Below, one piece after another: positions 29,694-39,654 of a stretch of DNA of 64,000 nucleotides. Source of the DNA: Candidatus Algichlamydia australiensis (lineage in GTDB: Bacteria; Chlamydiota; Chlamydiia; Chlamydiales; JAJFMI01). The position numbers were made by a program, and so were the translations under genes. Below the pieces are notes generated by a model. The model did not search any database, was not told the DNA's origin, and saw nothing but the letters and a program-made list of their open reading frames with translations. The stretch spans positions 352,001 through 416,000 of the forward strand of contig JAXCHI010000004.1 of assembly GCA_033977065.1 (NCBI GenBank), read 5' to 3'. The number at the start of each line of letters is the position of its first letter. Positions within the stretch are counted from its first letter, which is position 1.

Positions 29694-30507
29694 AGGTTGT
29701 TTTAAAGTGTTCAATTAGTTGGTTGTGAACTCTACCATTACTCGCTAAAATAGGGCCCTCTATAATTTCTTCGTAGCGCTTTCCCAAAAAGTCTGTTACG
29801 ACCCCGCCCGCTTCTTCAATGAGAAGCATACCGGCAGCATAGTCCCAAGGCCTTAGTGAGACCTCCCAAAAGCAATCAACACGTCCAGCTGCCATATAGG
29901 CTAAGTCAATAGCAGCAGAACCAATTCTGCGCAGAGGAATTCCGAGCTTTGCCATGTAAGTAAAATGGTCAATACAGTGAAGAGGGTTTTCATACGTATT
30001 GTAGGGGAACCCTGTTGCTGCAATGCAGTCAGACAGAGTCTCTGTCTCTGTCACTTTTAACTTCGATCCATTGAGATAGGCGCCATTACCCTTTTCAGCT
30101 GTAAATAGCTCTCCAACCATAGGGTTATAAATCGCAGCGCTTAACACACTGCCCTCAAAGACTGCAGCAATGCTCACTGCAAATATAGGAATGTTATGGG
30201 CAAAATTGACTGTACCATCGAGTGGATCGATTACCCAAGTAATCACATCTTTGCGACTTCCACTTAAGCCGCCCTCTTCTGCAAGGAAGTTGTGCTCAGG
30301 AAAAGTCTTGCGAATGAACGCAACGATGAGCTCTTCTGCTAGCATATCGTATTCAGTGACAAGATTGTGCTTTCCCGACTTGGAAGAGATCTCAAAGCTA
30401 GAGCCAAAACCCTTTTTTAAAATTTCTCCTGCACGCAAGGCCGCCAAAGTAGCAACATTAGAGAGGCGTGAAACTAAGGATCCAGGAATATTTAACGGTG
30501 TTTCCAT
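29680..30507 (-). CDS. suhB: Inositol monophosphatase family protein
   Basis: WVIDPLDGTVNF and WDYAAG motifs. Confidence 0.93.
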   Translation of the reverse strand: METPLNIPGSLVSRLSNVATLAALRAGEILKKGFGSSFEISSKSGKHNLVTEYDMLAEELIVAFIRKTFPEHNFLAEEGGLSGSRKDVITWVIDPLDGTVNFAHNIPIFAVSIAAVFEGSVLSAAIYNPMVGELFTAEKGNGAYLNGSKLKVTETETLSDCIAATGFPYNTYENPLHCIDHFTYMAKLGIPLRRIGSAAIDLAYMAAGRVDCFWEVSLRPWDYAAGMLLIEEAGGVVTDFLGKRYEEIIEGPILASNGRVHNQLIEHFKTTYEDS

Positions 30508-30998
30508 CTTAAAAAGTATTTATCAAAATTCTGTGCAAGGTATAGAGGCCCCGTGAAAAAGATCAGCGCATAGAACCCATCTACTATAGACATGATCATA
30601 CACTCTGAACAGATTCCTTTCCAATCGAATGGAGGGAGGGATGCAAAGATTGCGAGGCTGATAATTTCAAAAACTGTTTTTGCAATTGAAAAAAGTGCTG
30701 TATAAAGAGCGAGACCCCAAAGTTTATCTGCAAAAAAACTGTGACGTTGTGAGTGCACAACCCACGTAGCAAAAAGAGAGGAAAGAGAGTAAAAGCCAAA
30801 ATGTGTATCACTACTCAAGAGATCAAGGAGCGCTCCTGCTAAAAGGGAACTCCGGTAAACTTTTGGAACGGGGGCTGAAAGAGCTGTTAGCGCAAGCAGG
30901 GGAGCGATATAAGTAATTTTTAGTTTAGGAAAAAGGTGCGGCAGGAAAAGAAGAACTAGTAGAGTCATTCCGAGCGGCAAATATTTCCTTAGCATCAA
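30492..30998 (-). CDS. Membrane protein, MreD-like
   Basis: About five TM segments with GALLDLLSS...FGFYSL, similar to the MreD G-L-L-x-D...G pattern. Confidence 0.6.
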   Translation of the reverse strand: MMLRKYLPLGMTLLVLLFLPHLFPKLKITYIAPLLALTALSAPVPKVYRSSLLAGALLDLLSSDTHFGFYSLSSLFATWVVHSQRHSFFADKLWGLALYTALFSIAKTVFEIISLAIFASLPPFDWKGICSECMIMSIVDGFYALIFFTGPLYLAQNFDKYFLRWKHR

Positions 30999-31618
30999 TA
31001 GGCACCTCTAGCTGAGAGCATAACAGGAATTGTTTTTGCAACAAGAGCAAGATCGAATAGAAAGGAGCGTCTACGAACGTAGCAGAGCTCTAAAGAGCGC
31101 CGCCTTTTTATGGTTACGCAACTTCTTCCAGAAGTCTGCCAGAGCCCTGTAATTCCCGGCTTTACTGAGAGGATCTCATCGCTTGAATCGCCTAAAACCT
31201 CTTTTACTTCCTCGTTTGATTTTCTAACAGAAAGAGGTCGAGGTCCAACGACACTAATTTCACCTCGGAGGCTATTGATAAATTGGGGCAGCTCATCAAG
31301 TGAAGTTTTGCGCAAAAAACGTCCGAGGGGAGTTACACGAGGGTCGATCTTAAATTTGCGATAGCGCTCCCACTCTCTCTTTTTTTGCGGATCTTGCAAA
31401 AGCTCCTCAAGGCGCTCTTCAGCATCGACATACATTGTACGAAATTTAAAGCATAAAAAGGGCTTGTAGTTGCGCCCTAATCGAGAGCTTTTAAAAAAAA
31501 CAGGGCCATTTGATGAAACCTTAATTGCTAAACCTATAAAGAGAAAAAGAGGCGCTCCGAAAAGGAGAACGGCTAAGCTAAAAAGAGAGTCAAAAATCCG
31601 TTTATTTACTCTGTACAT
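30995..31618 (-). CDS. Bacterial sugar transferase (phosphoglycosyl transferase)
   Basis: [27 protein letters not shown] and KPGITGLWQ. Confidence 0.95.
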   Translation of the reverse strand: MYRVNKRIFDSLFSLAVLLFGAPLFLFIGLAIKVSSNGPVFFKSSRLGRNYKPFLCFKFRTMYVDAEERLEELLQDPQKKREWERYRKFKIDPRVTPLGRFLRKTSLDELPQFINSLRGEISVVGPRPLSVRKSNEEVKEVLGDSSDEILSVKPGITGLWQTSGRSCVTIKRRRSLELCYVRRRSFLFDLALVAKTIPVMLSARGAY

Positions 31619-32336
31619 ATTGAGGAATTTTAAGAACTTGTTGAATATTTTTGAGTGGGGAGATTTTTGTAATAAAATCCTTTAACTCCTCATGCATTTG
31701 GTAAGAGGTAGCGTCACCATCTTCTAAATCATCAAACCACTGGTAGAGTAGCCCATACTGCTCTCCCAAGAGATGAAATTTTTTCTGCGGCTCTCCTGCT
31801 AAAACAGCTGCAAACGAAAAGGCACAAGCAAAAAGAGCGCCAGTTTTTAAGCGATTGCAGTTAAGCCAGTCGGTTCCGCCCTGCAAATCGATCATCTGGC
31901 CCTCAACAAGCCCCCTTGCTCCAGAGGCTTCGCTTAAAATCTGTATGAGCAAAATCTTTTTTTCAGCTGGCAGTTTGCACTTTGCAAGAATTTCAAAGGC
32001 GAGTGTAAGAAAAAAATCGCCAGTTAAAACAGCTGTTGCTTCTGGAAACGCTCTATGTAGTGAGGGCATGCCGCGGCGAAAGTCGTCATCATCCATACAG
32101 GGCAAATCGTCGTGAATAAGAGAGTAAGTGTGGACAAGTTCTAAGCTGCAACCTGGATCTAGTCCCGTCTCTAAATTCAGACCAAAATCTTCTAAAAGCG
32201 CAAGTGTGCATAGAGGGCGAATGCGCTTACCGCCTGAAAAGAGCGCATACTCTGCCGCTCTCTTTAATTCACCACTGGCACCGGACTTTTCGATCCAGCT
32301 TTTAAGGCGCTGATCAACTCTTTCGGATCTTTCCAT
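31602..32336 (-). CDS. ispA: Polyprenyl (farnesyl) diphosphate synthase
   Basis: GGKRIRP, SLIHDDLPCMDDDDFRRG, GQMID, KTGAL and YQWFDD. Confidence 0.92.
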   Translation of the reverse strand: MERSERVDQRLKSWIEKSGASGELKRAAEYALFSGGKRIRPLCTLALLEDFGLNLETGLDPGCSLELVHTYSLIHDDLPCMDDDDFRRGMPSLHRAFPEATAVLTGDFFLTLAFEILAKCKLPAEKKILLIQILSEASGARGLVEGQMIDLQGGTDWLNCNRLKTGALFACAFSFAAVLAGEPQKKFHLLGEQYGLLYQWFDDLEDGDATSYQMHEELKDFITKISPLKNIQQVLKIPQYVQSK

Positions 32337-33637
32337 CTTCCTACCGAATAATAGGTAAAACCGCTCTCTTGCATTGCTTTGGGATCGTACTGGTTGCGAC
32401 CGTCAAAAAACGCCTTACCCTTCATGTTTTTCTTCACTCTTTTTAAGTCGACAAAACGAAACTGGCGCCACTCTGTAATGAGCACAACTGCCTCAGCATT
32501 TTGTGCTGCTGCATACTCATCTTCGCAAAAGGTGACACCGGATAGCAGCTTTTTTGCCCCCTCCATTGCTACAGGGTCAAAAACTTGCACAACAGCCCCA
32601 GCTTTTTGCAGCGCCTCAATTAATACAAGAGATGGCGCCTCGCGCAGATCATCTGTATCGGGTTTAAATGCTAAGCCCCAAACGCCAATGACCTTTCCCT
32701 TTAAAGCGCCAAAGTGGGCCTGCAATCGAGTGAAAAGAAGTTTTTTCTGCTCACAATTGACCTCTTCAACAGCCGCAAGCAGGGGAGTCTCTACTCCTTT
32801 CATTCTAGCAGTCGCCTGCAGTGCGCGAATGTCTTTAGGAAAACAGGAGCCGCCATAGCCCGCACCTGCGTAAAGAAAACTATTGCCAATGCGCTTATCT
32901 GAGCCAATGCCTTTGCGCACAGCACTAATATCAGCGCCAACTTTTTCACAAAGCCGCGCCATCTCATTCATAAAGGAAATTCTTGTCGCTAGCATTGCAT
33001 TAGCCGCATACTTTGTGAGCTCGGCAGAGGCAACATCCATTACCTGCAAGCGCTCATGATTCATCATAAAAGGGGAGTAGAGCTTGCGCATAAGTGCAAT
33101 TGCGCGCGCGCTTTCTGAGCCAATAATCACGCGATCAGGCTTCATGCAGTCTGCAACTGCGCTTCCCTCCTTTAAAAATTCAGGATTGGAAACAACGTCA
33201 ATTTGCGCCTCAGGATTTTCTTCTAAAATTGCCTCACGCACGGCCTGAGCCGTACCTACTGGTACCGTCGACTTATTGACAATGACGACATAACCACCTA
33301 AAAATTTGGCTAGCTGTTTGGCAGCCCGAAGCACAAACGCCACGTTTGCACCACCCATTTCATCAGATGGAGTAGGAAGAGAGAGAAAAATTGCCTCAGC
33401 GCCAGCAACGGCTTCTTGATAGTCTGTAGTAAAACTCAGTCGATTTGCTGCACTATTTCGCGCAACCATCTCTTCAAGTCCTGGCTCATAAATGGGAATC
33501 TCTCCCTGCTTCAGCAAAGAAATCTTTTCTTGATCGATATCAAGACAAGTCACCTCATGTCCCATCTCTGCAAAGCAGGTTCCTGTTACAAGGCCAACGT
33601 AGCCCGTTCCAATCACTGTGATTTTACTGCTGCTCAT
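32264..33637 (-). CDS. ugd: UDP-glucose 6-dehydrogenase
   Basis: GTGYVG, KSTVPVGT, SNPEFLKEG, GYGGSCFPKD and FKPDTDDLRE. Confidence 0.96.
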   Translation of the reverse strand: MSSSKITVIGTGYVGLVTGTCFAEMGHEVTCLDIDQEKISLLKQGEIPIYEPGLEEMVARNSAANRLSFTTDYQEAVAGAEAIFLSLPTPSDEMGGANVAFVLRAAKQLAKFLGGYVVIVNKSTVPVGTAQAVREAILEENPEAQIDVVSNPEFLKEGSAVADCMKPDRVIIGSESARAIALMRKLYSPFMMNHERLQVMDVASAELTKYAANAMLATRISFMNEMARLCEKVGADISAVRKGIGSDKRIGNSFLYAGAGYGGSCFPKDIRALQATARMKGVETPLLAAVEEVNCEQKKLLFTRLQAHFGALKGKVIGVWGLAFKPDTDDLREAPSLVLIEALQKAGAVVQVFDPVAMEGAKKLLSGVTFCEDEYAAAQNAEAVVLITEWRQFRFVDLKRVKKNMKGKAFFDGRNQYDPKAMQESGFTYYSVGRWKDPKELISALKAGSKSPVPVVN

Positions 33638-33722
33638 AAGATAAAAAGTATAATGAATTTATGAATTAGAGTCATTCTCTGAATTTCTGGATTTGAGGAG
33701 CTGATTTCTTTTTAGAAGAAAT

Positions 33723-34382
33723 TCAGAAGTTTAGAGAAGGACTCTTAGGTGCGAGTCGTATGGTGCGGTCGCACTTGAGGGCAAGCTGCTCGTCATGAGT
33801 CGCGACAATTAAAGATTTTTGCATCTCACGACAGAGAGTTAAAAGGAGATCTTGCACTTGAGATGAGGTGTGTGAATCGAGATTTCCAGTGGGTTCATCG
33901 GCAAGAATAATTTGAGGATCATTCATAAGAGCGCGGGCAATGGCAACGCGCTGTTTTTCTCCGCCAGAGAGGACTTTTGCAAGGAAGTTTGCACGCTCTT
34001 CTAAACCCACTTTTTCTAAAAGCATGAGGGCGCGTTTCTCATCAGGTTCACCAGCAATTCGGCCAGGTAGGAGCACATTTTGCAGCGCAGTAAATTCTTC
34101 AAGCAGATGAAAACGTTGGAAGATAAAGCCGATGAGGTGGTTGCGCTTTTTTGAGAGGTCACCTTTGAGAGCGTTTTTTCCTAAAATTTCCAAGTAACCT
34201 GATGTCGGTTTTTCTAAAGTTCCCAATATAGAGAGAAGTGTGCTCTTTCCTACCCCTGAAGGTCCCATGATTGCAATAGTTTCTCCACGCTCAAGAGAGA
34301 GAGAGAGGCGTGAGAGAACCTCGAGTTTTCCTGAAGGGCCTTTATAGATCTTTTTTAGATCTCTAGCTTGAAGTAGGCTCAT
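33723..34382 (-). CDS. lolD: Lipoprotein-releasing ABC transporter ATPase
   Basis: GPSGVGKST, LSGGEKQRVAIARAL and ADEPTGNLD; paired with a LolC/E-type permease. Confidence 0.85.
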   Translation of the reverse strand: MSLLQARDLKKIYKGPSGKLEVLSRLSLSLERGETIAIMGPSGVGKSTLLSILGTLEKPTSGYLEILGKNALKGDLSKKRNHLIGFIFQRFHLLEEFTALQNVLLPGRIAGEPDEKRALMLLEKVGLEERANFLAKVLSGGEKQRVAIARALMNDPQIILADEPTGNLDSHTSSQVQDLLLTLCREMQKSLIVATHDEQLALKCDRTIRLAPKSPSLNF

Positions 34383-36409
34383 TTGAGTACCTCAGCTGGT
34401 TGCAATCGGCACGCTTTGAGTGCGGGGACAAGTCCTGCAACTAAAGAGATAATTGGAGTAGAGATGAGCATAAAGAGCAGAGCACTTTTTGAGAGCTCAT
34501 TTGGGAGTGAGGTTCCGTAAAAGGCGCTATTAAAGGCATCATGTCCTTGAAAGAAGCTCAGTATTTGGGCCACGTGATCGATATTGTGAAGAGTCAAAAG
34601 AGCAAGGGCTGTTCCTGCAACGCTGCCGATCAAACCAAGGATCACTCCAGAACCTGCGAAGATGGTGGCAATATGCCCTTTTGTCGCGCCCATCGCTTGG
34701 AGTATGGCAATCTCTTCGCGTTTGTCATTCACAAGAAGAGAGAGCAGAGAGATGATATTGGTGCAGGCGACAACCAAAATAATAATTCCAATGAGAGTAA
34801 AGAGGTATTTATCACTCTCAAATTGCTGCAAGAGATCTTTTGCAAAGTCGTACTGGCGAAAACTCTGTACTTGCCAGAAGGCGCTAAGCCCCTTTTCATC
34901 AAGACGTGTGCGAATGTTTTCTGCAAGTTCTTCTGCTTGGCTTAAGTCCTGTGTCCAGACTTGAATCCCTGTTGAAAGCGATCGGTCAAGAGTGTAGGAG
35001 TGGTTGGCGCTGCGCATTGCTGTTACAAGATCGCTGTCTGTGAAAATGCACTTATTGCCGATCGACATAATGCCGGGATCGTAAAATCCTGCAACAGAGA
35101 TAGGAATGCGCTGCTCTTGTACACCGCTTGTTGTCTGTGCGCCATAAGAGAGGTAGCCGAGGTCGCCCACCTGCACACCGCTCTCTTGATAGCTCTTTGC
35201 AATGACAACAGCAGTTGCCTCGGTAAACTCAGGTAAAAAACTTTTTCCTTCTACCTGGTAGGTCCAAGGTGGGGCTACTTTTGGCTCTGCGTCAAACTTC
35301 TGTTTAGCCTGCACTTTTTCTAATGAGAGGTTTTTGTAGGGAATGGAGCCGCTAAGATCTTTCCCCTGCAGAACTGTTTTGACCCGAAGTTTCAGATCGA
35401 CAATGTGCTTGGCATTCTCGTAAGAGATCTCTTTAACGGAGAAATGGAGGGGGTGTTCAGGATATAAAACAACTTTTTGGTGCAATTTTTTTCCATCTAA
35501 AAAGAGGGATTTCCCTCTGCGATGAACAAGAAATGTTCCCTCTTTTGCTAGAGTGATTCGTTTAACTCTGCCACCATGTGAGGAATAACTTGCATGGAAA
35601 GGCACCCCTTCAGGTAGGAGAGTGATCGGAAATTCCCAATCATCATGAGTTACCACTTCATCAATAGAGAGGTTGTCTAAAATTCGCTCAAGCTGATCTT
35701 GAAAAGAGTCGCGAGAGCTTTTCTTAGCAAGACCCGCCTCATCTTTAACGATTCCTTCACCTGAGATTGCCGCCATGTGAATAAGGTGATCTACTTCGGA
35801 GGCTTTTGGTGAAAGTAGCAGTTCGGGCAAACTGGGATTTTTTTCAGGAAACGAGCTGATGTAGGTCACCTGTGTTAAATAGTTTTGCTGCTCCTCGCCT
35901 GGCAGATCAAACTCAGGATGAATCATGCGCAGTTTCAAAAGGCCGCCTGTCATCTCAAAAGCGGAAGCTGCCACTTCACTTGAACAATCTCCAATCGCAG
36001 TAAAAGTCTCTTGAACAAGATCGACAACACTCCCATCTGCATTTTTCAAAGGTTCAGGCATGAAAGCGGGGAGTTGTGAGTCGACATCGGGATCGTAGGG
36101 GTCAGCGTTAGCTGCCAAGCACTTTTCGCGCAAAGATTTTGTTTGATACCCAGAGGCGTAAGAGAGCTGATCAATTAGGTGATAGTAGCTGTGATAGTAT
36201 TTGGGAGTAGGAGTAAGGCGAACCGGCGCGTTAAGCGAGGTAAGCTTTTTGAGCCAGCCGCGCTCCATTCCTTCCGTCACTGATAGGAAAACAAGAGTTA
36301 GCCAAACAACAAGAGAGATGACGCAGATCGACATCATTGCAATAAGGGATACCGAGAGCTGCTTGCGGCTAGGAACTAAATATTTTCTTATAAATGAAAA
36401 CGCAAACAA
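34379..36409 (-). CDS. LolC/E-type ABC permease with enlarged periplasmic domain
   Basis: N-terminal TM, long periplasmic region and FtsX-type C-terminus (KREEIAILQAMGA, PAEVLK). Confidence 0.85.
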   Translation of the reverse strand: MFAFSFIRKYLVPSRKQLSVSLIAMMSICVISLVVWLTLVFLSVTEGMERGWLKKLTSLNAPVRLTPTPKYYHSYYHLIDQLSYASGYQTKSLREKCLAANADPYDPDVDSQLPAFMPEPLKNADGSVVDLVQETFTAIGDCSSEVAASAFEMTGGLLKLRMIHPEFDLPGEEQQNYLTQVTYISSFPEKNPSLPELLLSPKASEVDHLIHMAAISGEGIVKDEAGLAKKSSRDSFQDQLERILDNLSIDEVVTHDDWEFPITLLPEGVPFHASYSSHGGRVKRITLAKEGTFLVHRRGKSLFLDGKKLHQKVVLYPEHPLHFSVKEISYENAKHIVDLKLRVKTVLQGKDLSGSIPYKNLSLEKVQAKQKFDAEPKVAPPWTYQVEGKSFLPEFTEATAVVIAKSYQESGVQVGDLGYLSYGAQTTSGVQEQRIPISVAGFYDPGIMSIGNKCIFTDSDLVTAMRSANHSYTLDRSLSTGIQVWTQDLSQAEELAENIRTRLDEKGLSAFWQVQSFRQYDFAKDLLQQFESDKYLFTLIGIIILVVACTNIISLLSLLVNDKREEIAILQAMGATKGHIATIFAGSGVILGLIGSVAGTALALLTLHNIDHVAQILSFFQGHDAFNSAFYGTSLPNELSKSALLFMLISTPIISLVAGLVPALKACRLQPAEVLK

Positions 36410-36410
36410 G

Positions 36411-36576
36411 TTACTTTGCTTCTTTAAATACGACGTGACGTTTTAGGCTTTTTGTCATACTTAGAGAGTTCAAGTCTGTCTGGTGTATTGCGCTTATTTT
36501 TACGGGTCCAGTAGACCTCTTTACTCTCAGTACTTTTTAATTTAATGATCTCGCGCGCGCCTTTTTTCTTGGCCAT
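36411..36576 (-). pseudogene. rpmG: 50S ribosomal protein L33 with apparent +1 frameshift (may be a sequencing error)
   Basis: [18 protein letters not shown]...LELSKYDKK; deleting one base of the GG at 36446-36447 restores [11 protein letters not shown] ending at 36411. Confidence 0.85.
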
Positions 36577-36623
36577 TGCAAATACCTCTATTTTGACGAG
36601 ATTATACCGAAAAAGACTCTTCT

Positions 36624-37631
36624 CTAACAAGTAAAAAGATCTTTTACACGAGGAGAAGCTGCAAGATGTAAAGGATTAATTTCAGGATTAAGATGATAAG
36701 CAAGGCCGGCGATCATTGCTGCATTGTCAAGGGAGAGTCCTTTTGGAGGAAAAAAAGCCTTTACGTTTTCTGGAATTAGGGAGCGAAGGTACTGGTTGTT
36801 GCTAACTCCTCCGCCAAAGTAGATGGCCTGGCAGTCGAATTTCTCTGCTGCGAGAAGAGATTTCTCAACTATATCTGAGAGCGCTGTATGCTGGAAACTG
36901 GCTGCCACATGTGGCTTTTCTCCATTTGCAAGAAGCGTGGGGGCTGATTTTTGACAATCCTTTCCTTTAATTGTGTAGAGTACATTTGTTTTCAAGCCGC
37001 TAAACGAAAAGTTCAAGGGATTTTTCTTCACAACACCGCGTTTAAAGGGATATTTTGTGCGATCGCCTCTTTTAGCAAGCTTTTCAATTTCTGGGCCTCC
37101 CGGATAAGAAAGATCCAGGAGCGCAGCAACTTTATCAAAAGCTTCGCCAACAGCATCATCAACGGTTTTTCCGAGCAGCTCATATTTGCCAATTGCATCC
37201 ATTTTGAGCATATGAGTGTGACCACCAGAAATCACAACACCAAGTGAAGGAAAGAGCTGAGGTGCGTCCATCATAGCAGCGTAAAGATGCGCTTCGACGT
37301 GGTTGACGCCAACAAGAGGTATATTCCAGGCAAAACTCAAACTTTTTGCGCAGGTAACTCCAGTGAGGATCGCCCCCATCAAGCCAGGATTTGAAGCGAC
37401 AGCAATGCGATCGAGATCTTTGGGTTTTACTTGAGCTTGATTCATCGCCTCTTCAATAATCGGAAGCATTACGTCAAAATGTTGGCGACAAGCGAGTTCC
37501 GGAAAAACTCCTTGATAGGGCCGGTGCGTTTCAATCTGCGAGCGCACAACATGGGAAAAAATTTCTTTACCATCTTTGACGACACTTGCGGCCGTTTCAT
37601 CACAGGTAGATTCAATGCCAAGGATTAACAT
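36624..37631 (-). CDS. tsaD: tRNA threonylcarbamoyladenosine transferase
   Basis: [42 protein letters not shown] and DNAAMIA. Confidence 0.97.
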   Translation of the reverse strand: MLILGIESTCDETAASVVKDGKEIFSHVVRSQIETHRPYQGVFPELACRQHFDVMLPIIEEAMNQAQVKPKDLDRIAVASNPGLMGAILTGVTCAKSLSFAWNIPLVGVNHVEAHLYAAMMDAPQLFPSLGVVISGGHTHMLKMDAIGKYELLGKTVDDAVGEAFDKVAALLDLSYPGGPEIEKLAKRGDRTKYPFKRGVVKKNPLNFSFSGLKTNVLYTIKGKDCQKSAPTLLANGEKPHVAASFQHTALSDIVEKSLLAAEKFDCQAIYFGGGVSNNQYLRSLIPENVKAFFPPKGLSLDNAAMIAGLAYHLNPEINPLHLAASPRVKDLFTC

Positions 37632-37696
37632 GCAATTGATTTTAGCAGATTTACAGAAATTTCGCAGCATTAGAATCTGTTACGGAGAGCTAGGAA

Positions 37697-37865
37697 CTAG
37701 TACTCTGTAACAGAAATTTTTAGCATTATTTTTACGTCAAAGCCTCGGGATTGAACTATCGAAAATCACCTCGTATTTGATTAATACTAGGTGACTTGCG
37801 ATAGCCCAATCGCGAGAGCTTTCACGTTAAAAAGAATAGCAAAAATTTTTGTTACAGAGTACTAG
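37697..37865. mobile_element. Hairpin element family A, unit A1
   Basis: CTAG-TACTCTGTAACA...TGTTACAGAGTA-CTAG; 165 bp period; nested internal inverted repeats. Confidence 0.9.
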
Positions 37866-38272
37866 TACTCCGTAACAGAAAATCTTAGTGTTTAATTTAA
37901 AAAAAAACAGCCAATAGAGACAGTCGGGCAAATCCCCGCTGCCCTTTGAGCTTCACCTTGGCATGCCAAATTGCGTTTCGTCGGAAAACCGTGCAAAGCA
38001 CTACTTCTTCCTCCTGCACCGCAATTTTTCAAAGCCAATCTGAAGCCATCGAGCGCATCGCGCGTTCATTCCCCACCCTCCACTTTGTTTCGGGAGGGGC
38101 CCCTTTCACGTCGCTTGCGCGGCTGTTTTTTTTGTTTTGCAGAAAACTTTGCAAGGTCTAGACAGCTTTTTCAATCACATACAATCGCTTTACTTTTCAC
38201 GTTTGGGATCCATTTTTATGCGAAGGCTTTGACGTAAAAATAATGCTAAAAATTTCTGTTACAGAGTACTAG
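37862..38272. mobile_element. Family A long unit carrying GC-richer structured cargo and a nested family C arm
   Basis: Same TIRs; its last 49 bp are the exact reverse complement of 37697-37745; 38158-38221 is a diverged family C arm. Confidence 0.8.
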
Positions 38273-38437
38273 TACTTCGTAACAGAAAATTTTAGTATTA
38301 TTTTTACGTCAAAGCCTCGGGATTGAACTATCGAAAATCACCTCGTATTTGATTAATACTAGGTGACTTGCGATAGCCCAATCGCGAGAGCTTTCACGTT
38401 AAAAAGAATAGCAAAATTTTCTGTTACAGAGTACTAG
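38269..38437. mobile_element. Hairpin element family A, unit A2
   Basis: Direct copy of A1 with 6 substitutions, all in the terminal arms. Confidence 0.9.
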
Positions 38438-38445
38438 GTTGAGGA

Positions 38446-39594
38446 TTATTTTAAAGGAGGGGCGGCAAAGTCAAATTCGTGGGTAATCTTGCACCCGTCC
38501 GGTAAATACTTTTTGATAAACTCCTCTTTTTGAATGCCGCAATAAGCAAAAAAACTTTTTGCAACATTAAAACGAGTAAGATTCGGTAGTTTTTTAAGTC
38601 CTTCTAGGTTTGGTATGAGGGTCGATTTAAGACTAAAGGACCAACAAATAAGATCAAGGCACTCTAAACTTTCTATATTGAAAACCCAATTCGGAAAAGT
38701 GCAATCTATCCCATTAGGTCTAGATGTCAGTATAAGGTTTTTAAGTCTTTTTGGTAATTTCGTTGGGGTAGTATTATCGATATAATTGTACTCACCAAGA
38801 TAAAGTGTTTCTATACCCTTAGGTAACGCGTCTAGACTAGCTTGTTTGAAGCGAGTTTCTTCATGCTTGTTATGAGGTTCTATACGGAGGTATTCTAGAT
38901 TGGGGAATGCTCGGCAGACATAATCGAAAGTTTTTTGTGTATAGCGATGTATGATGAGTGTTGAAATGTTTGGGAACTGATTTGTGGAAGTGCCTTCTAT
39001 ATGGAGTGTATCAACTAAGGTTACTCTTTTTAGTTTTTTAAAATCATTTAGAGTAGGTTCTATATATTTTTTTAGGTTAAAAGCAATAATTTCTAAATTA
39101 GGCATTGCATCTAAAACTTCTTTTAAATCAATAGGTGGAAGCTCTTCAGGTAAGGAATTTTCAGAGTAAGCGAAGCCTTCTATTTCTCTAAGATTGTAGG
39201 CAGAAAGGGGGGGGAAGGTCTGGATTTTTAAATTTTTAATCCTTAAACGGTTATCTCTTTTTGTATTTTTTAGGGCTCTCGCAAGTCGTTGAGCCTCACT
39301 AAGATTTTTCGGAATCTCGAGCCACTCTCTTACACGCTTATTGTCAGAGCTAGATATTGTGCTGTTCATTTTCTGTAATGCTGAATCGATTTTACGCTTG
39401 TGGAGTGTGGATCCAATTTTTTTGACAAGAAAAGCTGTTCCGCAAAGAGCAGCAATTAAAACTACTTTACCCCTTAGTGAGAGATTATTAAATTGTCGAA
39501 TTGGAGAAAAAAAGACCTCTGTAAATTTTTTTTTGCAGGAAGGGAGCGGAATAGAGGGAAGTGGGCCGCTTTTTATATTGATTTTTTCAATCAT
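38446..39594 (-). CDS. Leucine-rich-repeat-like protein with N-terminal hydrophobic segment
   Basis: MPNLEIIAF, FPNISTLII, FPNLEYLRI, LPKGIETLYL, LPKRLKNLIL and LPNLTRFNV repeats; low GC. Confidence 0.7.
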   Translation of the reverse strand: MIEKINIKSGPLPSIPLPSCKKKFTEVFFSPIRQFNNLSLRGKVVLIAALCGTAFLVKKIGSTLHKRKIDSALQKMNSTISSSDNKRVREWLEIPKNLSEAQRLARALKNTKRDNRLRIKNLKIQTFPPLSAYNLREIEGFAYSENSLPEELPPIDLKEVLDAMPNLEIIAFNLKKYIEPTLNDFKKLKRVTLVDTLHIEGTSTNQFPNISTLIIHRYTQKTFDYVCRAFPNLEYLRIEPHNKHEETRFKQASLDALPKGIETLYLGEYNYIDNTTPTKLPKRLKNLILTSRPNGIDCTFPNWVFNIESLECLDLICWSFSLKSTLIPNLEGLKKLPNLTRFNVAKSFFAYCGIQKEEFIKKYLPDGCKITHEFDFAAPPLK

Positions 39595-39654
39595 GTTATA
39601 ACTCGCTTAAATTTGGATCTTAATTTTAGTAGAAAAATACAAAAAAAACAAGAG

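Noticed and set aside
34294..34307. (AG)n microsatellite as phase-variation site
   Set aside because: Short, in frame (LSLSL) and inside a likely essential lolD.
37946..38237. 71 aa and 88 aa ORFs inside the array as transposase fragments
   Set aside because: TTG starts with no SD and no DDE, HUH or HTH motif recognisable.
37697..38437. CRISPR array or integron attC cassette array
   Set aside because: The interiors of units A1 and A2 are near-identical rather than unique spacers, the periods are 165 and 407 bp, and no cas gene or integrase is present; TIR and TA structure fits MITEs.
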